From Chlorokybus atmophyticus (taxonomy: Eukaryota; Plantae; Mesostigma and Chlorokybus algae), in the NCBI GenBank assembly GCA_009103225.1, contig RHPI01000772.1:490499-554498 (forward strand): a DNA stretch of 64,000 nt. The letters run 5' to 3'. The notes below the pieces were generated by a model, which did not search any database, had not been told where the DNA came from, and saw nothing but the letters and a program-made list of their open reading frames with translations. This document shows positions 37,446 to 49,054 of this stretch, piece by piece. Positions within the stretch are counted from its first letter, which is position 1, and each line of letters starts with the position of its first letter. The translations under genes and the position numbers were made by a program.

Positions 37446-39250
37446 GTTAGGCAGACATAGGGTTAGCGTGAGATAAGAGAGGGACTGGGTGTTTCAGATA
37501 TAGCGAGTTACATATTTTCGGAGAGTATGTGAGATGAGAATATGTTGTCACCATATTTATTTGCCGGAGCACATTCCTGCGGATTTGGGTCCGAAATTCT
37601 ACATTGGTTATGGATGCGAAGAGGAACGTGAGGTCGGGAATTCTGTTACGCATTTACACTGCGACATGTCTGATGCGGTAAGTGATTGAATTGTTGATTA
37701 TGGTAGTGTTATATGGTTTGATAACTTGGGCATCATCTATAGGTCAATGTGTTGATGTTCACTCGGGATCCATGCGGTGATGAAGTTCGTGCAGCGAAAA
37801 AGTTATCGGGAAAAGCTCGTATGCAAAATATGGTATGTATATTTGCTGACATATATTGATAGGTGTATGTCTACTTGCAATTGCCCCACTTGCCCCACTT
37901 GCAATTGTCGCTAGTTGATGATTTGTGTTAGGCATCTACTGGCGGAGCTGTATGGGATATCTTTCATCGTCAAGATGTCAACAAGCTGCGTGCATATCTG
38001 GTGGAGAATAAACACCGATTTCGTTATCTTCACAATGCCCCTTTGCAGGAGGTGATAATTACAAATCATCATGTTGTTTATGAGCTAATTCATTTGTGTA
38101 ATATTCATTTTGAGTTGTGGTTGTAGGTGACTGACCCAATTCAAGATCAGACATTTTATTTGCGTGTTGAACATTTATTGGAATTGCAAGAGCAATACGG
38201 TAAGCTGTTGGCTATAAAATGTGTTGCTATGGTTTTGTTGTTGTATGTTTAATAAGGGTTGGATTGATTGGTATCTTATTTGTCATGATTATTGATGTGG
38301 TAGGTGTTACACCTTAGCGTATTATCCAATATGTCGGAGATGCTATATTTATACCTGCTGGACGTCCACACCAGGTTCGCAATTTGAAGGTAAAGCTGCA
38401 GTCATTTTCAATCAACCCGTATTTTGTATTTGTATTTAATTCGCGTGCATTGATGTCGCAGTCTTGCGTGAAGTTGGCCATGGATTTTGTTGCACCGGAA
38501 AGTGTGGGTGAAATTTTCAAGATGACAAAAGAGCTCCGAGCATTGCCTCGAGATCATCGCGGCAAGGAAGATAAGCTGGAGGTAAGTAAGATGTGTCCCA
38601 TAAGGTGTCATATATTGTACAAATTACTGATGTTTTTCTTGCACAGATCCGACGCGTGCTGCTACATTTGGTTGCAAAGTTGGTGCAATGACATTGACAT
38701 TTGTAGATATGTTCGTAACTATGGTTTTTTATGTTAACGTGTGTCACTTTAATTTTAAGTGTGTGACGCTGCATGTGGTTGCCAAGTGCATGCCGTGGTG
38801 AGAGGGTTAATGCATGTGGTGGTGATAGGGTGAATCGTAGGGATAGAGACAGTGGTGAGAGTAGTTATTGTAATAGGGACAGGGATAGGGATAAGGATGG
38901 GCAAAGGATGGGGATAGAGATAGGGATAGGGTCAGGTGGGGATAGGGATGGGAATATGACGAAATAGGGACAGGGATAGGGTTAAGGATGGGCAAAGGAT
39001 GGGGAAAGAGATAGGGATAAGGACAGGTGGGAATAGGGATGGGAATATGACGAAAGAGCTCTTAGGGATGGGAATATAGAGGTTTGAGAATGGTGAGTGG
39101 TAGTGGAGGCATGGGTAAATGATAGGTATAGGGGTAGGGATGGAGTTAGGAATAGCTATAGGGATGAGGATGTGGGATGTATTGTTACATGCATTTTGAA
39201 CATCATATTCAGACATCAAAGGTATTACGTTATTACTACCATTGTATTGT

Positions 39251-39595
39251 TTAACGCTTACCAAAATGAGGATTTCTACGCAAACGTGCCCAAAATGCCT
39301 TGAATTTTGCTGGATTGCCTTGATCCACATTGTAGCCGTTTGGCGCGCGTGAATACTCGCGAATGAACTTGGCTTCTAAAGCATCCAGCTCGTCCTTGGT
39401 CGTAGCCCACCCCAAAGACCGCATCTCAACTTGGTTTTGAAACGGTTGAGTCACGTCCAAGTCTTGCTGCAACTTGCGAGGTGGGTGACGTCGGTGTTCA
39501 TGAAATCTTCGTACTAGGTTGCTTGTTTGTCCTATATAAACTTTGCCTTCATGTATATGCCGTAGTAGGTACACAAAACCATGACTACCCTTCAA
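39251..39595 (-). CDS. GIY-YIG endonuclease domain (predicted last exon of the RepHel gene)
   Basis: GFVYLLRHIHEGKVYIGQTSNLVRRFHEH...LEAKFI...NGYN shows the GIY/YIG, catalytic Arg, Glu and Asn pattern. Confidence 0.85.
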   Translation of the reverse strand: MKGSHGFVYLLRHIHEGKVYIGQTSNLVRRFHEHRRHPPRKLQQDLDVTQPFQNQVEMRSLGWATTKDELDALEAKFIREYSRAPNGYNVDQGNPAKFKAFWARLRRNPHFGKR

Positions 39596-41081
39596 GGCTT
39601 TGCGACGGCGCGGTTGCTGCGAGTGGCTTTGAGTAAAGGTGTTGCGGGTAGTGCGAGTGTGGCATCCATGCGACTATTGTTGAGTAAGTCACGCACCTCA
39701 TTCGCGACCTGCGTGCAAGATGTGTTTTTCAGAGCTCAACTTGTGCTTCAAATGCTACAACACATGAAGCATAGTACATACCTCATCAGATGTAGTGTTG
39801 TTGGTCTTTTTGTATTTGGGGTCTTGCTCATGGATGGCATCGAGGTAGTCAGCAGCTTCGCCATCGGAAAGTAAGTCTTTGGCCTCGTCAAACGAGCACG
39901 CCTTGTAGCAGACTACCAACTCCACCATTTGTTGGGCGCGAATTGGTTTTTGTCCAATTTCATTGTGTTTAGGGTTAAGTTCTGCGAAAACTTGATTCCA
40001 AGCCGCATAGGCAATAGTGCGTTTGGTGTTGGAGGGAAGGTCATGCCCCAAAATCTTCATGAAATGTTTGCAACCACCTAACACATCAAACACGCAATGT
40101 ATTATTAAATAAATAAAAATGTTGTAACTGTATTTTATATCATGAGGTTCATATGGATAGCACCTGTGATGATGCCAACTCCGTGTTCCTGCTTGAACTT
40201 GTCGCTAGCGCGAATGACATCTTTAATGAAGATGTCAGCTTTTGACTTCGTAAACGGGATGCTGTCGTAGTCTTCAGGGAGTACACCATTGTTGTCGAGG
40301 AGAAGCTTTTGGGCATTGGAGAGCTCCCAAGCGTCTTTGCGTGCACGCTTGCGTTGATCTGGAGCTTCCTCATGTTGTGTCTTAACCCGCTTGAAGATTG
40401 CGCGTGAGTCAAAAGAAGCTATCTGCATCAGCATGTCAGTGTTAACATATAAATAAAACAATTATATGTACATATCCATAGACGTAGAGATTGGTATTGA
40501 ATATGATGTAATGAATGCAATTGCATTGTGATTTACCTGTTACCATGGTATGGGTTGCATGTCAATGGCTTGAGGCATGTCCGTCAATGTCAACAAAGAT
40601 CGGTTAGTATTTCTTGACAACACAACATACCACAACCCGGGCACAAATGCATGTCGCATATTGATTATTGTTGGTGTATTAAGAGTAGCACCCTGTACTT
40701 TATGTCCTGTAATTGCATATGCTAGTTGTAATGGAAACGTCGATTTATAGAACGACTGGCCTTTGTGTGTATGTGTTTTATAAGTGGATCGTGTGACTAC
40801 AATGCTTTTTTAAGTGTCATTTAAACATACTTCAATAGCTGATACGCGTTCACGATAAAAGCGTAATTTTGTAACAACTCCTACAGCACCGTTGGCGGCG
40901 CCAATATTCAAGTCTAAATTAGCAAGTAAAATAACTTTAGCACGTATTGCAACTGATGTTAACATATGAAATTTGGGTTCGTTTATCCACTCTGACAAGT
41001 CAACTTCATTGGTACCATTGCTATATGGTATGATATTATGTATTTCATCTTCAGGAAATAGACTACGGATGGCTTTGTTGT
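39596..41081 (-). pseudogene. RepHel C-terminal part (Pif1 helicase motifs V/VI plus linker exons)
   Basis: KVILLANLDLNIGAANGAVGVV, FPLQLAYAITGHKVQGATL, YVVLSR. In frame with 49055 once E3 and one TSD copy are removed (QYNN|KAIRSLF). Confidence 0.9.
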
Positions 41082-42446
41082 TGTTACGGCCTAGCTACTA
41101 CAGCTGGTCATGTACAGTGTATATATAAGTTTAATTAGCGAGAGATAAAAGTTTAATGAACCTTGGTTGGATTATCTTGGTTTGTCATACAAGCTTTGAA
41201 GGCGTGTGTTTGTGTTTGAGCTTTAACACAAAGCTTTAACACGAATGCAATGCATCGCTAATTATAGGCCTGGCTAGTTAGAGCATTTGAATGCATCTGA
41301 TTAGAAGTGGTTGACTAGGGATTACCCTATTCATGAATGTATGGGCGTCTTGAGTAGGAAGATAAAAGCACATGGCTTTAGTATAATGATTTATTAACGC
41401 GATGTGGGCTTATGGGGCCAATCGCGTGAAACATCATAGGAAAAAGCATGTGTAATTATAAGGTTCATTTAGGCCAATCCAAGGCGGCTTATTTGGATCA
41501 GATGAATAGAGCAAAGTAGCCTACCTTAGGGTGAACAAAAAGGACTTCGCGAAATGAGTTCGCGAAGGGGTTGATTCACCTGTGAAGTGAATCAACATAG
41601 TGAACTAAAATAGTTCACTGGTTCAGTTACGAACATGAACTAAAATAGTTCACTAAGAGTTCGTGAGTGAACTAAAATAGTTCACTGGATCAGTTACGAA
41701 CATGAACTAAATAGTTCACTGAGTTAGCTACGAACATGAACTAAAAGTAGTTCACTAAGGGTTCGTAGTGAACTAAGTGAACTAAGTGAACTAAGTGAAT
41801 CACCCTAATATGAGGGGACTAATAGAAGAGGGAGCCAAAAGTGAATCACTGGTGAACTAAATTAGTTCACTAGTAGAGTGACTCATAAAGCCGACAAGGT
41901 AGTGAACTAAAGTTGATTCACTAGTGAATCAACTATTAGATCACTTCGCGACGCGACGTCGCGACAGAAAATCGGCTAAGGCATTTGCCCCCTCCCGCGT
42001 GTGCCGATACGCAGCGCGTGACAGCGCCGCCTACCATGGCCGCAAGCACAAAAATCGCGGATTAGCATTATTGGACACTTTGCAGAATGCCAGTGAACTA
42101 ATGCCGGGTGAACTAAACTAATCACTTGGGTGAGTGAATGGGGATCTGGTAGAAGGCTTCGAACCAAGTAGGTCTTAGCCAAGATAGTTCCTAGTAAAGC
42201 TCATGGCGATGGATTTCGCCATAAAAAAGGAGCCAGTCGCGGGTGGAGGGTAGCCGCCGCACGACTTGAGCTCTGGGCTTTTGGGGCTAAGGTAGGGGTA
42301 CCTAAGCTAGGTGACCATAACCCTTAAGTTGCCAAGTAGTTGTTCATTCAACGAAAGGTGGTTAAGGGAATGTACAGTCACTACATGTAAAGTGTGTGAT
42401 CACTGTACATAGTTTTGGTGATAAATACCCCCCGCCCGGCGTAACA
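41082..42446 (+). repeat. E3 5' LTR
   Basis: Highly similar to 47689-49054. Confidence 0.97.
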
Positions 42447-42534
42447 GCTGGCCTCGGAGCTTGGACATACGATTTTGAACCACTCAGGCCGTGGTTTGGG
42501 GCCACTTTGATTCGGAAATTAGCGCTTCCGAAGC

Positions 42535-43771
42535 GCATGCCGAAACAACGCCGGATTGGAAATTATCACAAGTGGCGTGAGACTTTTAGTAGTAGCGCCA
42601 GTGAAGAAGATTACCGCGAAAAAGAAGCCTATTTCAAAGAAAAAAGGCTAGTCGCGGCAATGGCGGAACAAGCGGAAGCTTCGAATCCACCGATTCCCCA
42701 GCTAGGGAAAAAGATGGAACGAAGAATAGCCGAGTTGTCGCCAAAGTACAAAAAAATAGCCTTGGCTTGTTGCAAAGAAGGCAAAAAGGCCAAGCAAGGC
42801 ATCTTGAGGCTAGTGAAGAACCTCGAGAAGAATGAGGAGGAGCTCACGCGCCTCCGTGTCCTTGGGGAGCAGAAAATGAAAAAACTCGAGGACAAAATAG
42901 ACTCGGTCCAAGTAGGACCAAGTACCAAGTATTTTTAAAAATTCCCCCGGCATGGACAGGCAAAAAAGGGGAGGATATAGACGCTTGGTGGAACCAAGTC
43001 GAAGTGACTTTGGCTACGGTTCTAGAAAGGCAAAGGTTGGGTTTTGCCGCGGGATACTTAGGTCCAAAACCACTTCAGTTGTGGAAGGACCATAGGTCTC
43101 ATTTGGTTGAGCCCACCTTTGAATCCCTAAAGGAGTTTTTGTTTAGCCAATATAGGACAGTGGACCCCGGGCTTGATGCCAGGGATAAGCTATCCGATTT
43201 GAAACAATCGGGCAAGTTGATCACGGAATTTGTGAGCCAATTCAACCTGTTAGCGGCTCAAGCTGCAAATGGGGGAAGGCCACTAAGCCTGATTGAAAAG
43301 GCCAACCTATTCATTCGAGCCTTGGATTCTAAGCTCCAAAAGCAACCAGATATTATGAGGTTGCAAAAGACCGATATAGAGTGGACTCAGGAGAAGTTCA
43401 CGGAGCTTGAGAATACGGCGAGATGGGTCGGCCGGAATTTGGCTAGCATTAACAAAAGGGATAGAGAAGAGGGTGGAGACAAATCCGGGGGAGGAAAGGG
43501 AAAGAAAAGAAAAGGATTTGCCCCTCAATCGGAGATGGAAAGTCCGGTTGAAAAGGAGAAGTCTTCAAAGACCCCTCTAAAGAAAAAGGGTAAAAAGCCG
43601 TTTGGCAAGAAACCCTTTAAGCCAGCCTACCAGGGCAAGGCAAGACTCTCCAGTGAAGAGAAGGAGAGAAGAGCTCGGGAAGGTTTATGCTTCAATTGTG
43701 GCGAAAAGGGGCATATAGCCTCCAAGTGCCCGAAGAAGGGAGCAAAGCCGACCGAGGATCCCACCAAGTGA
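42535..43771 (+). pseudogene. gag: E3 gag (one 1-nt frameshift near 42935)
   Basis: PPAWTGKKGEDIDAWW, LKQSGKLITEFVSQF, and CFNCGEKGHIASKC knuckle. Confidence 0.9.
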
Positions 43772-46700
43772 CGGTGTGGGGTGGTTGCTTGTATAGGAAC
43801 GGCGCCAAAGGAGCAAAGTAGTGGGCGACTTGAGAACAATAGTTGTATAGCTACAACGATGAAGTTGCCTATGAAATGCGATGTTTGTTTTGGGAATGAG
43901 TTTGAAGATTTGCCAAGAATTAATTCACTTGAGGTAGGGCATGAGCGAATTCTCATATGCGTGCCACTTCGTGAGTTAACAAGTACTTTGACAAATTATT
44001 GGCAACTAAAGCAAACTAACCCCGAAATTAAGGCGTGTGTTCTAACACCCAAATATTATGGTAAGTGGAAAAGGTTGTTAGGCGGTATGCGCCGTATGGG
44101 CACATTACCAAGGGCCAAATCATCTTTCGCCACTGACTTGCAAATATGGTGTGATGATGCAAGTGATCGCCGAGGTTCACACATCAATCCTAGGCTAAGT
44201 ATGGTCTTCGATGCATTAGTGAATGAGAGGGCGTGTGGTGTCTTAGTTGACACTGGTGCCTTAGAAAATTTCGTAAGTGCCGAATTGGCAAAAAGGGTCT
44301 CGGCCACCATTGAAACTACCAATGCTAGGGCAAGCCTAGTAGGTGAGTTACATTGTGAAGTAAGTGGCGTGACAGAGTTGCTAATTCGAATGGGGGATTA
44401 TAGGACCAAAATTAAGCTGTATGTGGTCAAGTCCCTTATTCCAGGCATAGACGTGATATTAGGTGATAGTTGGCAAAAGCACGTGAAGTTAGAATTGTCA
44501 AGCGTGCCACCTTCTATTACAATCACACAAGGTGACAAGCGTTTCGCTTTGACACCTAGTATGAACCGTAAGCCTAACAGAAGGAGTAAACCCACCATCG
44601 ACTCAGTTGATCAATGGTTAAAGGGTGACTCTGAATTGGCTGTAGGTTGCCTAAGCATAGTGGGGGACTTGGAAGAGTCAAGTGAAATTGATTGGGAAAA
44701 GGTACACCCGGTGGTGAGGGAGTTTATGGATATATTCTCCGCGGATCTACCAAGTGCACCGGCAAATAGGTTTGTCTCCCATTTAATCCCACTAAAGAAA
44801 AGGGCTGGGCCTCCGCCGATAAGGCCATTGTATAGGCTAAGTCCCAAGGAACGAGATGAAGCAAAGAAGCAGGTGAACTATCTCTTAGAAAGGGGTTTGA
44901 TAGTCGAATCGCAAAGCCCCTATTCGGCTAATGTAATTTTTGCCGAAAAGAAGGGAGGCAAGCTCTGAATGTGTGTTGATTATTATTATAGGTCATTAAA
45001 TGCACAAACGGTGATGAATGCCTTCCCCTTACCGCGTTTGGATGATTTGTATGATCAACTAGTTGGGAAGTCGTGGTTTAGCACCCTCGACCTAACTAGT
45101 GGTTATCACCAAATACCTATCGCGATAGAAGATAGGTATAAAACAGGGTTAAAAACCCCTATAGGTCATTATGAATATACGGTGATGCCATTTGGCTTAT
45201 GCAATGCGCTGGCCACATTCCAAGCGGTAATGAATGAAGTATTTAAAGAGGAGGTAGGGAAATTCGTCCTAGTGTACTTGGATGATGTTATTGTATTTTC
45301 AAGTACAAAAGAGGAACATGAGCTTCATTTACGAAAAGCCTTGAGTATGCTAAGGGAGCATAAGTTCTTGGCGAATTTCAAGAAGTGTGACTTCTTTGCT
45401 AGGGAAGTAGAGTACTTGGGTAATATTGTAAGTGAAGAAGGAATAAAAGGCGATCCAAAGAAACTCGAAAGAATTAAAGACTGGGCTGTTCCTAAGAATG
45501 TAACGGAATTACAGAAATTTTTGGGGTTTTGCCTATGGTTCCGCCGTTTTATGTTAGGCTATTCAATTATAGCCGCTCCACTCACTAGTTTGACAAGTAC
45601 CCGAAAACCCTTCGAATGGGGTCCTAAGGAGCAACAAGCCTTTGAAAGGCTTAAGGCTGCTATGACCTTACTTCCGGTATTGAAGTTGCCGGGAATGGAC
45701 AAGCCATTTGAGGTAATAAGTGATGCCTCTTTGGCAGGAACCGGGGCTATACTAGTGCAAGAGGGGCATCCAGTAGCCTTTGAGAGTTTCAAGTATAAGC
45801 CCGCGGAGAAGAATTACTCGACCACCGATCAAGAATTATTAGGTGTTGTGAAAGCGTTGCATAGATGGAGGTGTTGCTTAGAGGGGAGGCATTTTAAGGT
45901 GATAACAGATCACAACCCCTTGGTACACCTAAATACGCAACCTAATTTGTCGCGACGCCAAGTAAGGTGGCATGAGTATTTAGTGCGATATGATTTTGAT
46001 TGGGAATATAGGCCAGGTAGGATAAATGCGGCAGATCCTTTAATTGGCATCCCGCGTTATCCGAGGATTTGGCGTTACTTGCATTGGATTATGTGAGTGA
46101 CATTCCTAACCAAATAATCGCAAGTTATACTAATTGCCCGGAGTTCCTTTTGGAATTCAACCAAGTGTTAAAACCACATGGGGCATTTTGGTATAAAGAT
46201 GAAGAAAAGATTGCGGTTCCAATGGATGGGTCACTTAGGTCAAAGGTGATTGAAGAATCACATAATCCCCCTTACCGTGGCCATTTTGGTATAAGGAAAA
46301 CTACCGAGTCTTTTGCTAGAAGGTATTGGTGGCCGACCTTAAGAATTGATGTCGAAAGCTTTGTAAAGAATTGTGACTCATGCCAAAGGAATAAATCCGT
46401 AAGGACAAAACCGGCCGGGAAATTACAACCTTTGCCCATACCAGAGGGGGCTTGGAAGTCAATGTCTGTTGACTTCATAGTCCAATTACCTAAAACGGTA
46501 AAAGGGAATAATGGAATGGTTGTATTTGTAGACCGGTTTAGTAAGGTTGTTCACTTAGAACCAACTCCTCCAAAATTTACGGGCGAGGATTTTGCCCATG
46601 CCTTTTTCAGGAGATGGTACGCACAACATGGGATGCCCGTGGATATGATTTCGGATAGGGACTCGCGGTTCACTTCCGCCTTTTGGCGTGAGTTATGTGA

Positions 46701-47529
46701 TACATTAAATTTGGATAATAAGTTATCCACCGCGTTTCATCCTCAAACAGATGGGCAAACCGAGCGTGTGAATCAGACAGTGGAACAACTATTGAGGCAT
46801 TACTCACTAAAGAATATTAGAGATTGGGATACATATCTCCCTTTCGTTGAGTATGCCATCAATGATTCAGTGAATGAGTCAACGGGGATGACACCACTTT
46901 ATACTGGTTATGGCCGCCATCCATTGAGTCCAGTTGAGGCTTTAATGGAGAATATGGGGGCTAGGAAAAGAGTCAACCCCTCGGCTCAAATTTTGGCTCA
47001 ACGATTAGGGCAGGTGCAAAATGAGGCCAAGAGGGCCTTATTAGCAACCCAAAATCGTATGCGTCAATATGCCGATGCCAAGAGGGCAGAGGCCGTGTTT
47101 GAAGTGGGACAAGAAGTCCTACTTAGCACAAAGAATGTGAGGATGGAGTCTCTCGATGGGGCCCGAAAACTATTACCCCGATGGCTTGGACCATTTAAGG
47201 TAGTAGAAAAGATAGGGGCTGTGGCATTCAAGTTAGAATTGCCACCGAGTCTTAAGATACATAATGTATCTCATGCCTCGCTATTGAGAACCTATCACTC
47301 AGATGGGTCGGTGCAGCCACCACCACCCCCAATGTTTATAGAGGGAGATTGGGAGTATGAAGTGGAGGGTATAATAACCCACAAAGGCCGGAAAGGCAGA
47401 TCTCCCAGTTACTTTGTGAAATGGAAGGGTCATTCGTTCGAAGCATGTGAATGGATTGATGAACCTAACATGCGAGCACCGCTTCTGATAAAGAAATATT
47501 GGAGGGAGCTAACGGTTGCCCAAAGATGA
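43772..47529 (+). pseudogene. pol: E3 pol: protease, RT, RNase H, integrase, chromodomain
   Basis: VLVDTGA; YLDD; SDAS; HNPPYRGHFG...CDSC; SDRD; FHPQTDGQTERVN; YEVEGIITHK...YFVKWKG. TGA at 44966 (expected Arg) and a frameshift near 46045. Confidence 0.97.
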
Positions 47530-47688
47530 AGTCCAGGAAGGTCCATTTCTGAAGATATATATTTTCCGCCTTTAGAAGTAGTTCCACGTTTTGACCTATC
47601 AAGTTACTGGTCATGGCTTGTCTTCCTAGGTTGGAAAGCGTGGAGAAAGAAATTGAGCAGAGACGCTCAATAACTAAAGGGGGAGCAT

Positions 47689-49054
47689 TGTTACGGCCTA
47701 GCTACTACAGCTGGTCATGTACAGTGTATATATAAGTTTAATTAGCGAGAGACAAAAGTTTAATGAACCTTGGTTGGATTATCTTGGTTTGTTATACAAG
47801 CTTTGAATGCGTGTGTTTGTGTTTGAGCTTTAACACGAATGCAATGCATCGCTAACTATAGGCCTGGCTAATTAGAAGTGGTTGACTAGGGATTACCCTA
47901 TTCATGAATGTATGGGCGTCTTGAGTAGGAAGATAAAAGCACATGGCTTTAGTATAATGATTTATTAACGCGATGTGGGCTTATGGGGCCAATCGCGTGA
48001 AACATCATAGGAAAAAGCATGTGTAATTATAAGGTTCATTTAGGCCAATCCAAGGCGGCTTATTTGGATCAGATGAATAGAGCAAAGTAGCCTACCATAG
48101 GGTGAACAAAAAGGACTTCGCGAAATGAGTTCGCGAAGGGATTGATTCACCTGCGAAGTGAATCAACATAGTGAACTAAACTAGTTCACTAGTTCAGTTA
48201 CGAACGTGAACTAAAATAGTTCACTGGTTCAGTTATGAACATGAACTAAAATAGTTCACTGGTTCAGTTACGAACATGAACTAAAATAGTTCACTAAGGG
48301 TTCGTAAGTGAACTAAAATAGTTCACTCGTCCAGTTACGAGCATGAACTAAAAGTAGTTCACTAAGGGTTTGTAGTGAACTAAGTGAACTAAGTGAACTA
48401 AGTGAATCACCCTAATATGAGGGGACTAATAAAAGAGGGAGCCAAAAGTGAATCACTGGTGAACTAAGTTAGTTCACTAGTAGAGTAATTCATAAAGCCG
48501 ACAAGGTAGTGAACTAAAGTTGATTCACTAGTGAATCAACTATTAGATCACTTCGCGACGCGACGTCGCGACAGAAAATCGGCTAAGGCATTTGCCCCCT
48601 CCCGCGTGTGCCGATACGCAGCGCGTGACAGCGCCGGCTACCATGGCCGCAAGCACAAAAATCGCGGATTAGCATTATTGGTCACTTTGCAGAATGCCAG
48701 TGAACTAAATGCCGGGTGAACTAAACTAATCACTTGGGTGAGTAAATGGGGATCTGGTAGAGGGCTTTGAACCAAGTAGGTCTTAGCCAAGATAGTTCCT
48801 AGTAAAGCTCATGGCGATGGATTTCGCCATAAAAAAGGAGCCAGTCGCGGGTGGAGGGTAGCCGCCGCACGACTTGAGCTCTGGGCTTTTGGGGCTAAGG
48901 TAGGGGTACCTAAGCTAGGTGACCATAACCCTTAAGTTGCCAAGTAGTTGTTCATTCAACGAAAGGTGGTTAAGGGAATGTACAGTCACTACATGTAAAG
49001 TGTGTGATCACTGTACATAGTTTTGGTGATAAATACCCCCCGCCCGGCGTAACA
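47689..49054 (+). repeat. E3 3' LTR
   Basis: Highly similar to 41082-42446. Confidence 0.97.

Larger units (their letters stand above)
32071..38691 (+). pseudogene. KDM3/JMJ25 (IBM1-like) JmjC histone H3K9 demethylase gene, multi-exon, disrupted; 5' end uncertain
   Basis: Spliced exons give VCSNRCRGSIEDVHCTCVLC/GFDICAQC (KDM3-type Zn finger), HFQWHWRRGHRVVV, FKLKDWP, LPLKEYTHPNGELNLA, DLGPKFYIGYG, VTHLHCDMSDA|[44 protein letters not shown]|[23 protein letters not shown]. Stop TGA 38689-38691; premature TAG 38315 plus frameshifts. Confidence 0.9.
41082..49054 (+). mobile_element. Ty3/gypsy chromovirus-type LTR retrotransposon E3, structurally complete but defective
   Basis: LTRs 41082-42446 and 47689-49054 (TGTTACG...CGTAACA); TSD GTTGT (41077-41081, 49055-49059); PPT AAAGGGGGAG; gag-PR-RT-RH-IN-chromodomain. 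Confidence 0.97.

Noticed and set aside
23269-40812. Reassigned genetic code (TAA/TAG read as Gln), suggested by many in-frame TAG/TAA at plausible Gln positions
   Set aside because: TAG and TGA also replace conserved Trp, and TGA replaces Arg. The young E3 ORFs and host copy B run for many hundreds of codons with no in-frame TAA/TAG. C>T decay explains the pattern.
41595-41935. CRISPR-like array
   Set aside because: Units are separated by recurring, not unique, spacers, lie inside an LTR duplicated at 48165-48535, and no cas genes are present.
42447-42465. Assignment of the E3 PBS (GC-TGGCCTCGGAGC) to a specific tRNA
   Set aside because: It resembles but does not match the tRNAiMet PBS TGGTATCAGAGC, and cannot be assigned without the host tRNA set.
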